Shown here in pieces: positions 40,020 through 53,690 of a stretch of DNA of 64,000 bases. The DNA is taken from NCBI RefSeq assembly GCF_001194135.2, contig NC_068987.1, forward strand, positions 100,793,030 through 100,857,029, given 5' to 3'. The notes under the pieces are model-generated. The model was not told where the DNA came from and ran no database searches. It worked only from the letters and a program-made list of their open reading frames with translations. A program made the position numbers and the translations under genes. The DNA comes from Octopus bimaculoides (taxonomy: Eukaryota). How positions within the stretch are numbered: position 1 is the stretch's first letter; the number at the start of each line of letters is the position of its first letter.

Positions 40020-40330
40020 TACTTTTATGGTAAAATGATGTAAAAAACACCATATCTGTCCAGTGCTATCTCTTGTCGGAACTCAAGATCTTTAACCGGC
40101 ATCCACCCGCAATACGCAAGAGAAGCTACTCTGCACAGATTTAATCAAAACCGTAGCTTTAACTAAAATACAGTCAACAGCATTCACTCCGTTGCGCCAT
40201 TAAATCGCCGGAGAATTCTCTCACTTCGATATTTCCCATTGATAACGTTTAAAGACCTAGAACGAGAATATTACAACGGGTAGCATCGGACAGATATGGT
40301 GTTTCTGGACAATTTTACAATAAGAGATCA
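40020..40330. repeat. MITE-like inverted-repeat element
   Basis: 40045-40068 aaacaccatatctgtccagtgcta versus 40281-40304 tagcatcggacagatatggtgttt (22/24 inverted), with weaker similarity extending outward and inward. Confidence 0.6.
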
Positions 40331-41993
40331 TTTTTTCTCCACGGTATCTCAATGAATTTGGGATATGTCATAAAATATTTCAACTAACGTAAATTGTATT
40401 ACTACATAAATATATACATACTTACATATACATATATTTTCGATTCGAGATTGTGATCTCCACTACTGTATTGCTCCAGTTTGGTCACAACCTTCGTGCT
40501 ATTAGAGCTTCGTTCTAATAAGCCGAAACAGTCTTATTAGAATTTATTATTCATTAAATTTATTATTCATTAAATAATTTTAACTAACCTCTTGACATTC
40601 GTTGAGTCCTTTATCCAGTCAATTTTCGTCGACTCTCATACTCACTTATAACGTAACTGTTTGCTAGCATATGTACCAGTGTGTGTGCCTATAGACATAC
40701 GTGTGTGTATATATAATATATGTGCGTGCGTGTGTGCACGCGCGCTTGTATATAGGATCACAATAAGAAATCAAGAAATCCTAGCAAGGGTATGCTAGTG
40801 GCACACATGCATATGTAGACATATATTTATGCAAGTCCTCTGATGCAGAAACCTTTATTGCTATACAATCACACGCTAACATATGCATTACAACACGCAA
40901 GAGTGTACATCCTCTGCTCGTATAAACACGCATATTACCCACACATGCGAGCATACACATGCGAGCATACACATACAGAGGCACATAGACGCTTACGCAT
41001 TGGCATGTATAAATGACCGTAAACACATACATATACACGTTCCCAACAAACGCCCAACGAATACATAAATGCTTGTAAAAGCAATCCATTATTGTGTGAG
41101 TGTTTTTCATCGTTGTTATGTGGTTATATTCTCTGCTATACATGCACAGTCATACGTAGACAATTGATTGTGTATGCGTATATGTCTGTATCTGTTTGTG
41201 TATGCACACATACATAGATTTATACATATATATCACACCTATTTACACATATATATGTGTGTGTATATATACACACTTATACGTTTATATATTACATATA
41301 TGTATTTATAAATATATATTTATGTATATGCTTATGTATCCATAGGTTTTGTCTACGAATGAATGTATGTGTTATCGTGTAAATGTGTTAATCTGTTTAT
41401 ATGTGTATTTGTGAATATGAATGTGTGTAGTTTGCAATTAATTTGGACAATTGTCCTAAGTATAAATTAGATATGAAACCCTTTAAGCGTGAATCAACGG
41501 GGAAGCATCTTTTTCGCTATAATTTATTCCCTCCTGAGAAACATATGTGGTGTCATGTTTATTATGTTTAAGTATTGGGTTGTCGTGTGCACTCGCATTC
41601 CTTGATAGTTTCACTAATGGGATATACGGTTAATTTTCACTGCAGATCAAGCTGTACTGAAGTCATAAAGCAATGATCAGTGTTTGAGACTTTATAATAA
41701 CCAAGACTAGCGGAGCATATATTCTAGAATGGTTTGTGGGTTGGATGAGAAATCGTATGGAATGATTATGTATCATTATTGTTTTGTGGTTTGCGTAACT
41801 GATAAGTTGGAAGCCGCTTTCCATATTATGCAAGATCAAAGGGTCTCTTTCACAAACGCGCGCGCTCAAACACTCGCATACAAGAATATTTACAGATTCA
41901 CACAAACTCATATGTTCACAATGCCACCCCGTACGCACCCGTATATACATAAATACATTATACATTTACAAATATATTGGTATATATATAATT

Positions 41994-42024
<31 letters not shown>

Positions 42025-42403
42025 TATATATANNNNNNNNNNNNNNNNNNNNNNNNNNNNNNNNNNNNNNNNNNNNNNNNNNNNNNNNNNNNNNNNNNNN
42101 NNNNNNNNNNNNNNNNNNNNNNNNNNNNNNNNNNNNNNNNNNNNNNNNNNNNNNNNNNNNNNNNNNNNNNNNNNNNNNNNNNNNNNNNNNNNNNNNNNNN
42201 NNNNNNNNNNNNNNNNNNNNNNNNNNNNNNNNNNNNNNNNNNNNNNNNNNTATATATATATTTATATATGCATAAAAAGTGATATGCATATATATAGATG
42301 CACATATATACATGTATAGAAGTGAATATATATACATATGAGCATGTGTGTACGTAGTGTGCTTTCATATATGCACATGTGTGTGTGTATGTGTGAGCGA
42401 GTC

Positions 42404-42445
<42 letters not shown>

Positions 42446-44444
42446 GTGTGTGTGTGTGTGTGTGATTTTGCGTAATTGAATATTTCTAGTCTCCAATGTT
42501 TAAGCTATGTCACACGTTTGTGCGTAGGAATCACTCCTTTATCTAAATGATAAATAGTATAATGAGTTACTAGATGCTGCCAGGTTTAGGAACTCCCAAG
42601 ACAATGGTTCGAAATCCATTTGAAAATATTTCCTGCTGTGACATCGCTAGGAAGTTCAATGAATTAACAAACATATATAATTTAGCCCATCTTGAATATT
42701 TTCTTAATTATTTAGTAATCCTACAGTTGTTGCGACATCTATTGGCGAGAATATAATTATGTTACTGCTTTGTGCATTGAGGTATATTCACAACATCATC
42801 CTACACACACGCTCGCATACAAACATAAAGCACCCGCACACTCACGCACAGAGACACATACATATACACATGCAAATATGGGAATGTGATCAAATAATAA
42901 CGATTGTTTGATGTAAATCAGTAAATCATTATATATGAAAGCGAGGATGTACACGAGAATCAGTTATTGTGCAAACAGCTGAAAAATTTGTGGTGTGCAT
43001 CCTGATACCAACACTACATTTTGTTAGTTGCCAAGACATTTACTTCTCACATTGAATAATTCGCCTACCTGAAAATAGTTGTTTCAAGATTGGAACAACT
43101 TGCACGTCCAAGCTGCGAGATGACTGTGATAGTGGGAAGAGTGACAAGCTCAATACCTCCTGTTACATTTATACCATAGAAAACTATGTTATGCTAGAAT
43201 TTTATCTCTAACTGCTTTGAATATAATACAATTAACTTAAAGATAACTGGATTCTGAATTTTCAAACAGGAAATGCCCACAAAATAGCGAATGAGTTGGT
43301 TCTATTTCTCAATAATTTCAAGAACTGGAATATTATCTATCCTCAGACTAAATACACTTTCACACTTCATCAGGGTATCTGATTGGGTTTCGAGTACACC
43401 TTTAATGATATCGTGAGATATGACTTGATATTTGAAGATAACAGTAGTTACGTTTTGAGGGTCTTTCTCTGTGATTGTATAAATACTTAAATGAAAACAA
43501 ACCAAGTGGAAATCACAAGCCATCGGCAGAGACATTGTCAATAGAAGTTTCAATAACATCGTTAAAGAAAATCTCAACGCGAGCTTTTGTTACTGATTGT
43601 ATACGTTATTTAACATAAATTTTGTTTTACTAAATGTTGTTATATCTCGATTATCATCTCCGATATTCTAAAAGCAATTGTTTCATTCATTTCTAATGAA
43701 ATATTTGACAAAAACCTGTATTTTGCAAACTTCTAGTCGTTGTAGAAGTTTGCCAATATATTGCCAATAAGATGAGCGTATCTAATATAAAATTTGTTGA
43801 CTACTAATATAAAATAAACCTTTACTTCTCTTTCATATACCTCATGTGTAATTGCTTCGATATTTATTTAACAAGAAAGATGAACATATTTTGTTATTTT
43901 CTATGAAAATAATCAAAACTACAGTAGTTTTGCTACAACAATAACAAACATTATTTGAGACAGGCAACAATAATGTTTTCATAATTCATATAGGAATATT
44001 GAGTAACTATAATATTGTGCAGAATTTGGTTGGGAAATATAGTTATCAAATACAAAGTATTATTTATATGTTATGTTAATAAGAAATTTACAGAACAAAA
44101 CAACACAGGGACTGTGATTATTTTTATGATTATTTTTTTTTTATGTCGAAGATTCATAACTTCAAAATAATCTATAGTTGTATTAGCAAATAGAAATCAC
44201 TGTTTTCTAATATTAGATAAAATATATATTAACGTAACATAGTAATATAATAGATTTGCTCTTCTACTGCAATCGATGCTGGTGTAGCTATAATACAAAT
44301 AACAACAACAACAACAACAACAATAATAATAATAATAATAATAANNNNNNNNNNNNNNNNNNNNNNNNNNNNNNNNNNNNNNNNNNNNNNNNNNNNNNNN
44401 NNNNNNNNNNNNNNNNNNNNNNNNNNNNNNNNNNNNNNNNNNNN

Positions 44445-44996
44445 AGAGACAGAAGAGCAATGATTGCATCAAAGCCACCACAACTACAGGAAATAGTCAG
44501 AGAGAACAACAACCTCCAACAGTGCTACCACCTTCACCAATAATACAAACGAAAAGAAACATAGAAACTAATTGTAGCAGTCCAAGATCAAGCGATAAAA
44601 ATATACTTGAGAGAAAATATGAGGGAATGTCTCAGAAAAATGTAGAACATGTAGAACTTAGAACAAGACAGTGGGGCACCTCGCGACAGAAAGCCCCAAG
44701 TTAGAACAAGAAAAATATAATAAATGGAGGTACATCTACGATGTAAAATTTTTGCAAAGGAAACTGTGCCAGAAATGGGGATTTGATTCCGAGAGTACAA
44801 AGTACAACGACTGTGTCGAAAGATTACTGGAGTCGGATAATGTAAGATTCTGTGGGACTTTCGTATTCAAAGGGGCAAGCTGTTAGAAAGTAACAGACAA
44901 GACATAAAAATTAGAGATAAGGAAAAGCTAAGTTGCTTACTTATCGACACATTACGCCCGTTTTATTCCAGGATCGTAATGAAAGAGTAAGGAAAA

Positions 44997-45029
<33 letters not shown>

Positions 45030-45285
45030 AAATACAAGTCCTTAAAATTTAAAATAGCAAGAATTTGGAGCATGCAAACAGTAAAGGTCGTGCCTATAAT
45101 TATTGGTGCGCTGGGAACAGTAAACCAAGATAGAGACAAATGGCTGAAGGAAATTGAAATAGAAAGCCCATTGAGCTCCCATGGAAGGGACAGCAAGGAT
45201 TATCAGGGGGGTTCAAAGCACTTGAAAGACTACTGGAAACTTGTAGATACCTAAGGTTACAGGTAGTAATGTGCTACCCACATAA
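44445..45285 (+). mobile_element. R4/Dong LINE 3' remnant (CCHC-REL region)
   Basis: KETXKLIVAVQDQAIK-like block; ESPKLEQEKYNKWR; RKLCQKWGF; ILWDFRIQ; QTVKVVPIIIGALGTVNQDRDKWLKEIEIE. Confidence 0.85.
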
Positions 45286-45539
45286 ATCCTTCCTGGAAGA
45301 AGACCGAAATAGCAAAGCCAAAATATCTGCCATATTAAAACTACTAACAAGGCATAAATTAAAAAAAAGACTGCATGACTACTAAATAACCGATCGCGAT
45401 ATTCGTGACACGAAAAAGAATATCTAAAGCAATATATACTCGCCAAAGCACACATACTGTAAAAATTAAACACATAGAAAGCACCAGAGGATGACAATAT
45501 TCCCAATTTCTGAATAAAGTTCATATGGCTGTTAAGCCC

Positions 45540-46340
45540 AGATATTAATCAATTGAAGACTGCCGAAAGTAAAGAAGTGTTTAAGCACAGCTTGGATCGA
45601 TTATCAGAAAGCTTTTAACAGTATCCCCAAGACAAGGATCCTTGAAACGCTAGTTGTGAAGAAAGTAGTACCAACAATATTGACATATATAAAGCATGTC
45701 ATGGATACATGGCAAACAGTTGTACCGTTACAGAGGGAATTGTAACAAGTAAAATAAAAAGAAACAATTGGAATTATTTGCTATACACCACACAACATCT
45801 GACAGAATTGTTATATATACATATCACTGAAAGTGGAAGCTTATACAATTAGAAAACTAAAATAAAATATCCACCATATGACTACAGTTATATCTAACTC
45901 AAAAGCAGTGAGAACTGTTACAAATGAGAGAGACAAAAACCTACTTTGAGTCTTCAATGAAACCGAAAAATACAAGAAAGGGTTCATATTTCTTGGCAAC
46001 TATGACGAAAATTAAGAAACGACAAATGTGAAGTAGCTAAATTCTAAGCTAAATTTAAAACTACAAAATACTATGATAAAACGATGGCATTAAGATTCCT
46101 TATATGCCAATCCTGGCATAAGCTAAGCAGAATAGAAATTGAGTAAGTTAAATTCCTACAATGATTGATAAAATCGGAACTCAAAGCCAGACTGAAAGAT
46201 TTTTACTTGCCACACAAGATCAAAGCCTCCCCGCTAGAAACCCATAAGAACACATAATGAAGAGAAGTACAGGTACCTTCAGAGTATGTGGCGGCGAGGG
46301 AAGAAAAACATAAATCATATTGTCTCTAGCCGCCCATATT
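45540..46340 (+). mobile_element. R4/Dong LINE remnant, second subfamily (RT to zinc knuckle)
   Basis: LSTAWIDYQKAFNSIP..ILETL; LLATQDQSLPARN..RVCG. Ends near (ATT)5 at 46369. Confidence 0.75.
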
Positions 46341-46389
46341 GACTCTGGCTGCCTATAGCAGAAGGGATTATTATTATTATTATTGCTTC

Positions 46390-48954
46390 TAAGTCAAAAG
46401 ACCTGTCTCGGTCTATGCCTGATCTAGAACTTTAGCTCCGTCATGAATACGAGCTGCGGAAAAGTGGGTCTAACATATGGCGACCACACTTGCTCACCGC
46501 TATGCTATCGTTGGAGATGTCGTAGCCTTAGCGCATATCTGCACATCATCAAGCACGGCTTGCCCAATCCTCAACGCAGTCGTTGTTGACAGCAAATGGA
46601 ACGTCTCATAAGCGGTACCCTTCCCTTCCACAAGAAGCGTAACAGCAAGTGCACCAGTCTGTTTAGCCACGAAGTGGGTCAAGGGATGATAGTCAGGCGG
46701 TAGTATATGAAGGATACGATGTACGTGATCACCGCCTCCGCCCGACATTTCAGGGACAGTCTCGTCTAGGCACATTTCTGGATGAGACTGGCCACCCTGT
46801 TTGTCACCTCTCCCCAGTTCTTGTCCATTTGGAAGTCCAGACCAAATCAGACCCCGAGCAACTTAACCGGCCCTTCTCTCCGGCGCCCCACTCTAGGTGC
46901 CGAGCTGCAGGCCCAGTGATTTCTCCTGGTTAATCATTGCTCCTGTCACCGCTTTGTATTCCCTTAGCCTGGTGCCGACCACGGTGGCATCGACCGCATA
47001 CGCTGACATACTTTTTCCGCATCCTAGCTCACGCAGGATGCACCTCGAAACCTCCACCTACGCACTGGCTCAAGTGCCAGTACCTACAGATGGAGTGAAA
47101 GTGGGCATCCTTGACGGACCGAATGGTCGATGCTAAACGATTCCGACAGGTTGCTATTTAGTTTGACCACCAAATAGATGTCGCTGTACATTGCAGCGAT
47201 CCAGCTTCTGAAAACGGGATCCAATCCAGCCGCGATAAGGACATCCTCCAAGTACCGATGGTCTACCCTATCGAAGGTTTTCGACTGATCGAAATTGATC
47301 AGGGCCCCACTCATGCCAGATGTATCGCGTGAAGTGGAGGCTGTTGTAGATAGTTCAGTTGGGCATAGCGCAGTCTGCGCATCACCCACCAGTCTGGCCA
47401 CGACATGCTCCAACCTCTTTGCTAACAACTTGGCCCAAATTTTGTAATCTGCATTTAGCAGAGTTATACGCCTAAAGTTATCAACAACGTCCCCTTTGTT
47501 CGGATCTGGCTAGGATCCGGGAATTCTCCCATTCTGCTGCCAATTGCGATATACATCTACCAAAATCTCAGCGAACAAGTATGGCATATGAATATAAAGT
47601 TCGAAGGGCAGACTATTCAACCCCAGAGACGTCTTCCTTGTGCAACTGCCCATTGCGTCTCGTATATCTTCCGCTGTTATTGGCATTTGGCAGAACTCTA
47701 CATCTCTGGCTGAAAGCCGCGGCAGTTCATCGAGGTGGGAGGTGAAGTTCACTTCCGCCTCCGAATCACTCCGCACCTCGTACAGTTCAGCAAAGTGCCG
47801 CTGAAACTCCCTACAAATCTGCTTGGATCGCTTAGCATGCGCCCGTCGCGACCCATCAAATATTTAATTGTGGTTTTATTGCGACGTTGATAAGCGGTAC
47901 CCTTCCCTTCCATTTCATTCCCGCGTGTCTTCGTGCACGTTCCCTAGTTCTCACAATGCAACCTTCATGCTTAGTGTTGAAGAATCGGTTCAGAACCAAT
48001 CTCGTTGACAGCACGACGGTCGCTATGCCACTACTGATTGCCTCTTCTAATTTCCTAACTAGTTCTCCCTCTATTCTAGTGTTCTGTATCACTAATTCCC
48101 TGTTAAATCCTACGATTTTACTTTAACCGCTCATATTAGGGCTGCCCATCATCAGTAGTTGACGACTACACTCGTCAATTTTCGATGGACTAACTTTTTA
48201 AACCGGCTTCTGAAAGCTTGGCAAGCCAGGAAGGAAGCTATTAGCTTCTAGTATCCAGGGCACTGCCTGTGGAGACTACCTAGGTGAACCACACATATCA
48301 CAAATATGCGGTCTGCATAGCTGACAACTTCAAATTGTGTACAACCTATGCTATCCTTATATGCTAGCCTACAAAATACTCTGTCTATATAAGATGTGGA
48401 TGACCCACCGCTATTTGCGCACATACACATTGGACCCTTCGGGAAATCCTGTCTGAGCAGGTTTTCGAGGCTTGCGCACCCCACTTTCCTCTCAGCTAGC
48501 CCCACACGTGCATCCAAGATGGCTTTCCAGTCCCCTGTTAATGCTAAGGAGCAAGACATCCCAAGAGAAACCTCCAACTATCTAAAGAAATCCGGCTGTC
48601 CTAGTCCGAGGTCGCTGCGTACACAGTGACCAGTCAAAAGGCACTGCCTTCGGTACCATTCACGTCCAAGACCACCTTCTTGCCTTCCGGGTCCAGGAAA
48701 ACCGGCCATGTCTCAAGGTCCAGGTCCTTTCTGAATAACACTGCCACCTCATCTCCCATTCCTAGTTGACTAAAAGATGCAGATATCTCATAATCATCAA
48801 AAATAGCTGCTAAGGCGCGCGTGTCCGAGATTCTGGACTCACTGACAGCTATTACCTCTAATTTTCGCCACCTGAGATCATTGAGCAAGCGACCTTGCTT
48901 CCATGAAGACCCCAGGCCGCGTACATATATACTACTCACTCTAAGCAATGCCAT
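46390..48954 (-). pseudogene. LINE ORF2 pseudogene (APE endonuclease plus reverse transcriptase)
   Basis: MALLRVSSIYVRGL..IAVSESR; LTGDWKAILD; SYIDRVF; PGY; PITAEDIRDAM..SLGLNSLPFELY; LAKRLEHVV; DQSKTFDRVDHRYL; SVRQGCPLS; SAYAVDAT (YADD changed to YAVD). Frameshifts. Confidence 0.92.
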
Positions 48955-49069
48955 GTTGAACGATGGGAATATGTGAAAATAGGAGCGCTATCTACTAAGA
49001 CTTTGTAGAGGAGTGAGTATGCCTACTCTGTCGCTCTCTTTGGATGTGAGTATTTTCCCCAGCAGTTCC

Positions 49070-50380
49070 TTCTAAATTCTCATATCAAGGTCCTTTTGAA
49101 AGTCACCTACAAATTGGGGATATCTAGATTTCAAAATTTTGTATTCGGTTTCAGTAGCTTTGAATATTTTTATATGTGCCGTCATGTTTGTGGTTGGCGT
49201 GACATAATTGGATAAATTGATAACCATGTGTCTGTGGATGTGTTTTATTAATTCGTTATATTTTGTGCATATAGCCGTGAGATTTATAATGTCTGGTTTA
49301 TGATCATTTGATGGAATGCGGTCCTTCTGTTGTGTTCGTAGATTATGTCGTGTTTGTGATGCTTGTGGAGGTTGTAGTGGTAATGGCGGGGATGATGTTA
49401 TTGTCGTCTGAGTGTGTGTAGGTAACTTTATGCATGGTGTGCTGTTGTTATTGTTCGTTCCGTCCATTTTCTCGTACTTGCCTGTTTTTTTTTTTTCTGA
49501 TTATCGTTTGTGCTCTTCTGTCTTTTCCTTCCTTTTCGTGTGACACTTTTCTATGCCTGTCCTTTCATATTTCCATCGTTTTCGTTGTCCGAATAGGGGA
49601 GAAGTATTTCTTCTGGAGGTACTTGCCTTACTGTTGGCGTTATTAGTGGTGTTGTCATTATTTTTGGTGGGGAGTTCCCTGTTGCTGCCGTTGTTGTTAC
49701 TGTTTGTGATATGGTTGCTGCTGGTGTGCATTCTACTTGACGTTGCGCAGTTGCTGCCAGCGCCGTAGTGGTTTTTGTGGATGATGTTGTGTCCAATTGT
49801 CTCTGTTGGTGTTGTTGTTGATATTTCTGCTGCAGCTGCTGCTGCCCTTGCTGTGGTGTCTGGTGTTAGTGGTTGTTGCGGCTAATTTCCCCCCTTTCCT
49901 TCTTTCCATCAGGCAATAGACTCTAATGTGACCTGAATCGCCACAGAAGTAACATTTCAGCCTTTTTCTTTCCACGTTCACCTGCAGATTCTGGCCCCTG
50001 GAGACTTCTATTCGGTTGGGAATTTTCTCTACAGTCTCTGGTTTTACTTGCAGTAGAATTTCCAACCCTATCCCAACCTAGTTTTCCTTTTTGGACTTTT
50101 GGATTTCTAGGAGGTTTCTAGAATCTTCCACCACCACGGTTTTCACCACCTCCAGAAATCGATTTCTGGTAGTATGTTACTTAGATCTCTGTCTGCCCCA
50201 GATAGATGAGAATTAAAGTGAAGACCTCTGTTTGTAATGGGAAAGTTGAGTGGTTTTGTGTTACTGATTCCGACTGGAATATGACCTTGATGTAGTCGAA
50301 CTTTAGGGCGTGGCTGACAAAGCTGACATCCACCCATATATTTTTCATGCAGAGCTCGGCTCGTTCTGATGGTCCTTTTC
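49070..50380 (-). pseudogene. LINE ORF1 pseudogene (CCHC zinc knuckle, low-complexity linker)
   Basis: KCYFCGDSGHIRVYC fits C-x2-C-x4-H-x4-C (ORF 49733-50065), followed by Thr/Asn/Gln-rich sequence; split across frames. Confidence 0.75.
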
Positions 50381-50649
50381 ATGACTGACGCACATACACA
50401 CACGTCCTTTAGTACTTTTTGACTACACTCTGTGCTTTAAGTACTCCTATAGTCAAACATGTAGGGATATTATGAACTGCAGTGGTCATGGTCGGTACCT
50501 ATATATAAATTTTAACGAAAGACATACAGGTACTGGCCGTGACTTCTGCAGATCATAATATCCCACACACCCAGCTGATTTTTCCCTTATACCTACATCT
50601 TTCCTTGGTAGTATGCAGGATACTTTCGCTCATTGTTTTATATGCTTAT

Positions 50650-50840
50650 AAGCAGACTTAGATATCCTGTCAGGCCACTCGCACTTGCCCTAGTGAAAGA
50701 GAAAGAGGCACCTGGAGGGACAATGGCCGATACTTATTTACATCTAAGTAGAACGGAGCAAATGAGCTTAAATAATTTGATCGGAACAGAATCCACGACG
50801 GTTTGAACGTAAGCCTGTATGAATAGCCTACCCACTAACT
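50650..50840 (-). mobile_element. Diverged tRNA-derived SINE
   Basis: Minus-strand head gcatgtagttagtgggtagg...gttcaaaccgtcgtggattc and body atttgctccgttctacttagatgtaaataagta. Confidence 0.45.
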
Positions 50841-52461
50841 ACATGCATATTTAGCGGTTATTTTATAAATATAATCACGAACATTCAAGTTTTTGTTTCA
50901 TTCATTTTTACTGCTAACTGACTGAATACACAGATCGTAAAATATATTTCTAGAACTCACGTACCTTTAATATATATTACACAATACTTAAATCACGTTT
51001 TAACATTTTCAAACATGAAATTGTGACTCTGTAAATTAGTATGGTTTTTCTGTTAAAACAAAACTACTTTTATCCACTTCAAACATTCTAGCTGATTGAA
51101 GATGTAAACTGAAATTATGCAGTGAATATTGTTACAATTATTTTGTATGTTTTAAATTTTTTTTCATTAAAAAAAGAATTAAATGTCAATTTTTTGCATC
51201 AGTTCGATTTTCTTTCTTTTACTAGACAAATTTAGACAGAATTTTTATATTTATTTTTATGCTGCGATATATATTTGTTTATTTTATACACATAATTTCT
51301 CTAATTGAAAGGCTGTTAAAATTAGTGTAATATAAAATTGTTTCTTGATTTACATTTTTTGCCTTGCTTGAATACATTTATCAATGAGGAGAATCTATTT
51401 CAACTATAATTATAATATTTTTATATCTTTTACAGATAAACTGTGCATTATAATTTTCTGGAATAACAATTCTGTTAAAATTGTTATAATTTCCCCTTCT
51501 TTAAAATCGCATTTGTTCAGCATTTCTCAAACGTATTTGTCTTCCTTAATATTCGGTTTCTCTTCAAAAACGATACAGACTTTGCGTTTAAATATTATAA
51601 AAGTGACATCTATTGATACAATTTTTAACTTAAAGTACTTCTGATCTATAACTTATGTATTTATTTGCATTTCTTCATTGCGATATTGTGTAATATGTGT
51701 AATAAACACAGTGAGTTCAAAAGAATGATAGACTTAACAAAGTTTCAGTCACTGTTGAATTGGTTTTCGAAAATCACGGATAATTGATAGCTATCAATGA
51801 CCACAGAATCTGATGGCTGCGCGAAATCGACATGTCCAATTTGCATAAATAATGGTTTGCTTGTAAAGTCTTGAATAAATTCATCTTACTGTGATAGAGA
51901 GCAGATTTTCGTAAGCATATTTATAAGTTAAATATGTTCCCGTAGGAAACAAAGGGAAAATGTGTTTTCTGTAAAATATATCCTTTGACGATCAAAATGG
52001 ATTAAGTAACTTTCTCTTATTCTGTGCATGGTACCAGTAGCACTAGCGCTTCATATATGGCAACACTTCTCGAAGGTTTTTCATTACATATGTACGCAAA
52101 TATCTACAGTGAGGGTGGGAGTATGAGTGTATTAGTGTAGGTGAGTGTATATATATAAACCATATACAAACATACTCAAACACACATCATACATATATAT
52201 GTATATGTCCGTATGTATATATGTATATATGTATGCATATGTATATATAATTCGTTTAGTACATGGCTATATCATCTACGCTTCGCGTCATCGTAGAGTT
52301 TGTTGCTTACTTCATTCTTGAACTCTGAGTAAATTGTAATATTACTTCATATTCGCCATTCCTCCTCGTGAAGAAAGGAACTGTCAGGCACGCAGAAATG
52401 TACATGATGTCATATCGTGAATCTGAAAATAGTGAATATTGCACGGAATCACATTTACATC

Positions 52462-52680
52462 GTTCTTTTCTACTCTATGCACAAGGCCCGAAATTTGGGG
52501 GAGAGAGAGCCAGTTAATTAGATCGACCAAGTACGCAGCTGGTACTTAATTTATCGACCCCGAAAAGATGAAAGGCAAAGTCCACCTCGACGGAATTTCA
52601 GCTCAGAACGTAAAGACAGACGAAGTAACGCTAAGCATTTCTGCCCCGGCGTGCTAACGTTTCTGCTAGCTCGCCGCCTT
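52462..52680 (-). mobile_element. tRNA-derived SINE (OK/OR-like)
   Basis: Minus strand: aaggcggcgagctagcagaaacgttagcacgccgg...gaaattccgtcgaggtggactttgcctttcatc...gataaattaagtaccag. Confidence 0.9.
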
Positions 52681-53179
52681 AACACAATTACATTATTCGT
52701 AATATCACAGGTGTTCTGGTATGAAGCAGTGTTATTTCTATTTCAATATTATATTATATAATAACTCCAATGTAGTGCTAATGATATGATATGAACTTAC
52801 CAGCCCGATAATAATAATGTCACTCAAATGTATCCATATGAATATGGACCTAAATTATACTAAACGAACCGGTTGTGACTTATTCTTATTGGTCAACATT
52901 GTGATGGTATAAATGTTTTAAATAATTCATGCACATAACGGTATGCGTATAACTTAGAAAATGGCCCTGATATGTCAACCACGATATCTAACTCACTTTA
53001 TAATTAATCTAACGCATTCAAAAATTTAATGATTATCGTCCTTGCAGCTCTTCCAATGACATGGCCCTAAAGCACTCTCTATTATTCTTTTAAATAGCTG
53101 TAATGCATAATATAGTACGGGTTACAGTAAACCTAAAACAGATACATTTGTTGCTGCACTGCGCATTACCCGTGCTCAA

Positions 53180-53482
53180 CAAAAACAGCAATATCATCAA
53201 TATCTACTACTACTACCACTACTGCTGTTACTGCTACCCTGATGCTGATGCTACTACTATTGTTCCTACTACTATCACTACTGCTGCTACAGATAGAAGT
53301 TTTAGCAGCAGCAGCAGCATTAGTAATANNNNNNNNNNNNNNNNNNNNNNNNNNNNNNNNNNNNNNNNNNNNNNNNNNNNNNNNNNNNNNNNNNNNNNNN
53401 NNNNNNNNNNNNNNNNNNNNNNNNNNNNNNNNNNNNNNNNNNNNNNNNNNNNNNNNNNNNNNNNNNNNNNNNNNNNNNNNNN

Positions 53483-53514
<32 letters not shown>

Positions 53515-53534
53515 AACTACTACTACTACTACCA

Positions 53535-53577
<43 letters not shown>

Positions 53578-53690
53578 CGATGTTGCTGCTGTCATTTCGA
53601 CTACTACTGCTACTTCTATATACTACTAATTACTACTACTACTAACTACTACCACTACTACTACTACTACCACTACTACTACTACTACAA
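53180..53690. repeat. (TAC)/(CTG) triplet microsatellite tract with a gap
   Basis: Direct observation. Confidence 0.93.

Larger units (their letters stand above)
46390..50400 (-). mobile_element. L1/Tx1-clade LINE, near-complete at the 5' end, 3' truncated, inactive
   Basis: ORF1 with a CCHC knuckle, followed by APE endonuclease and RT; see sub-features. Confidence 0.92.

Noticed and set aside
43340-43400. ctgatga and gaaac on the minus strand
   Set aside because: Required helix III pairing is absent.
51384-51890. Nearly open frames on both strands in very AT-rich DNA
   Set aside because: No motif recognised; expected by chance at this composition.
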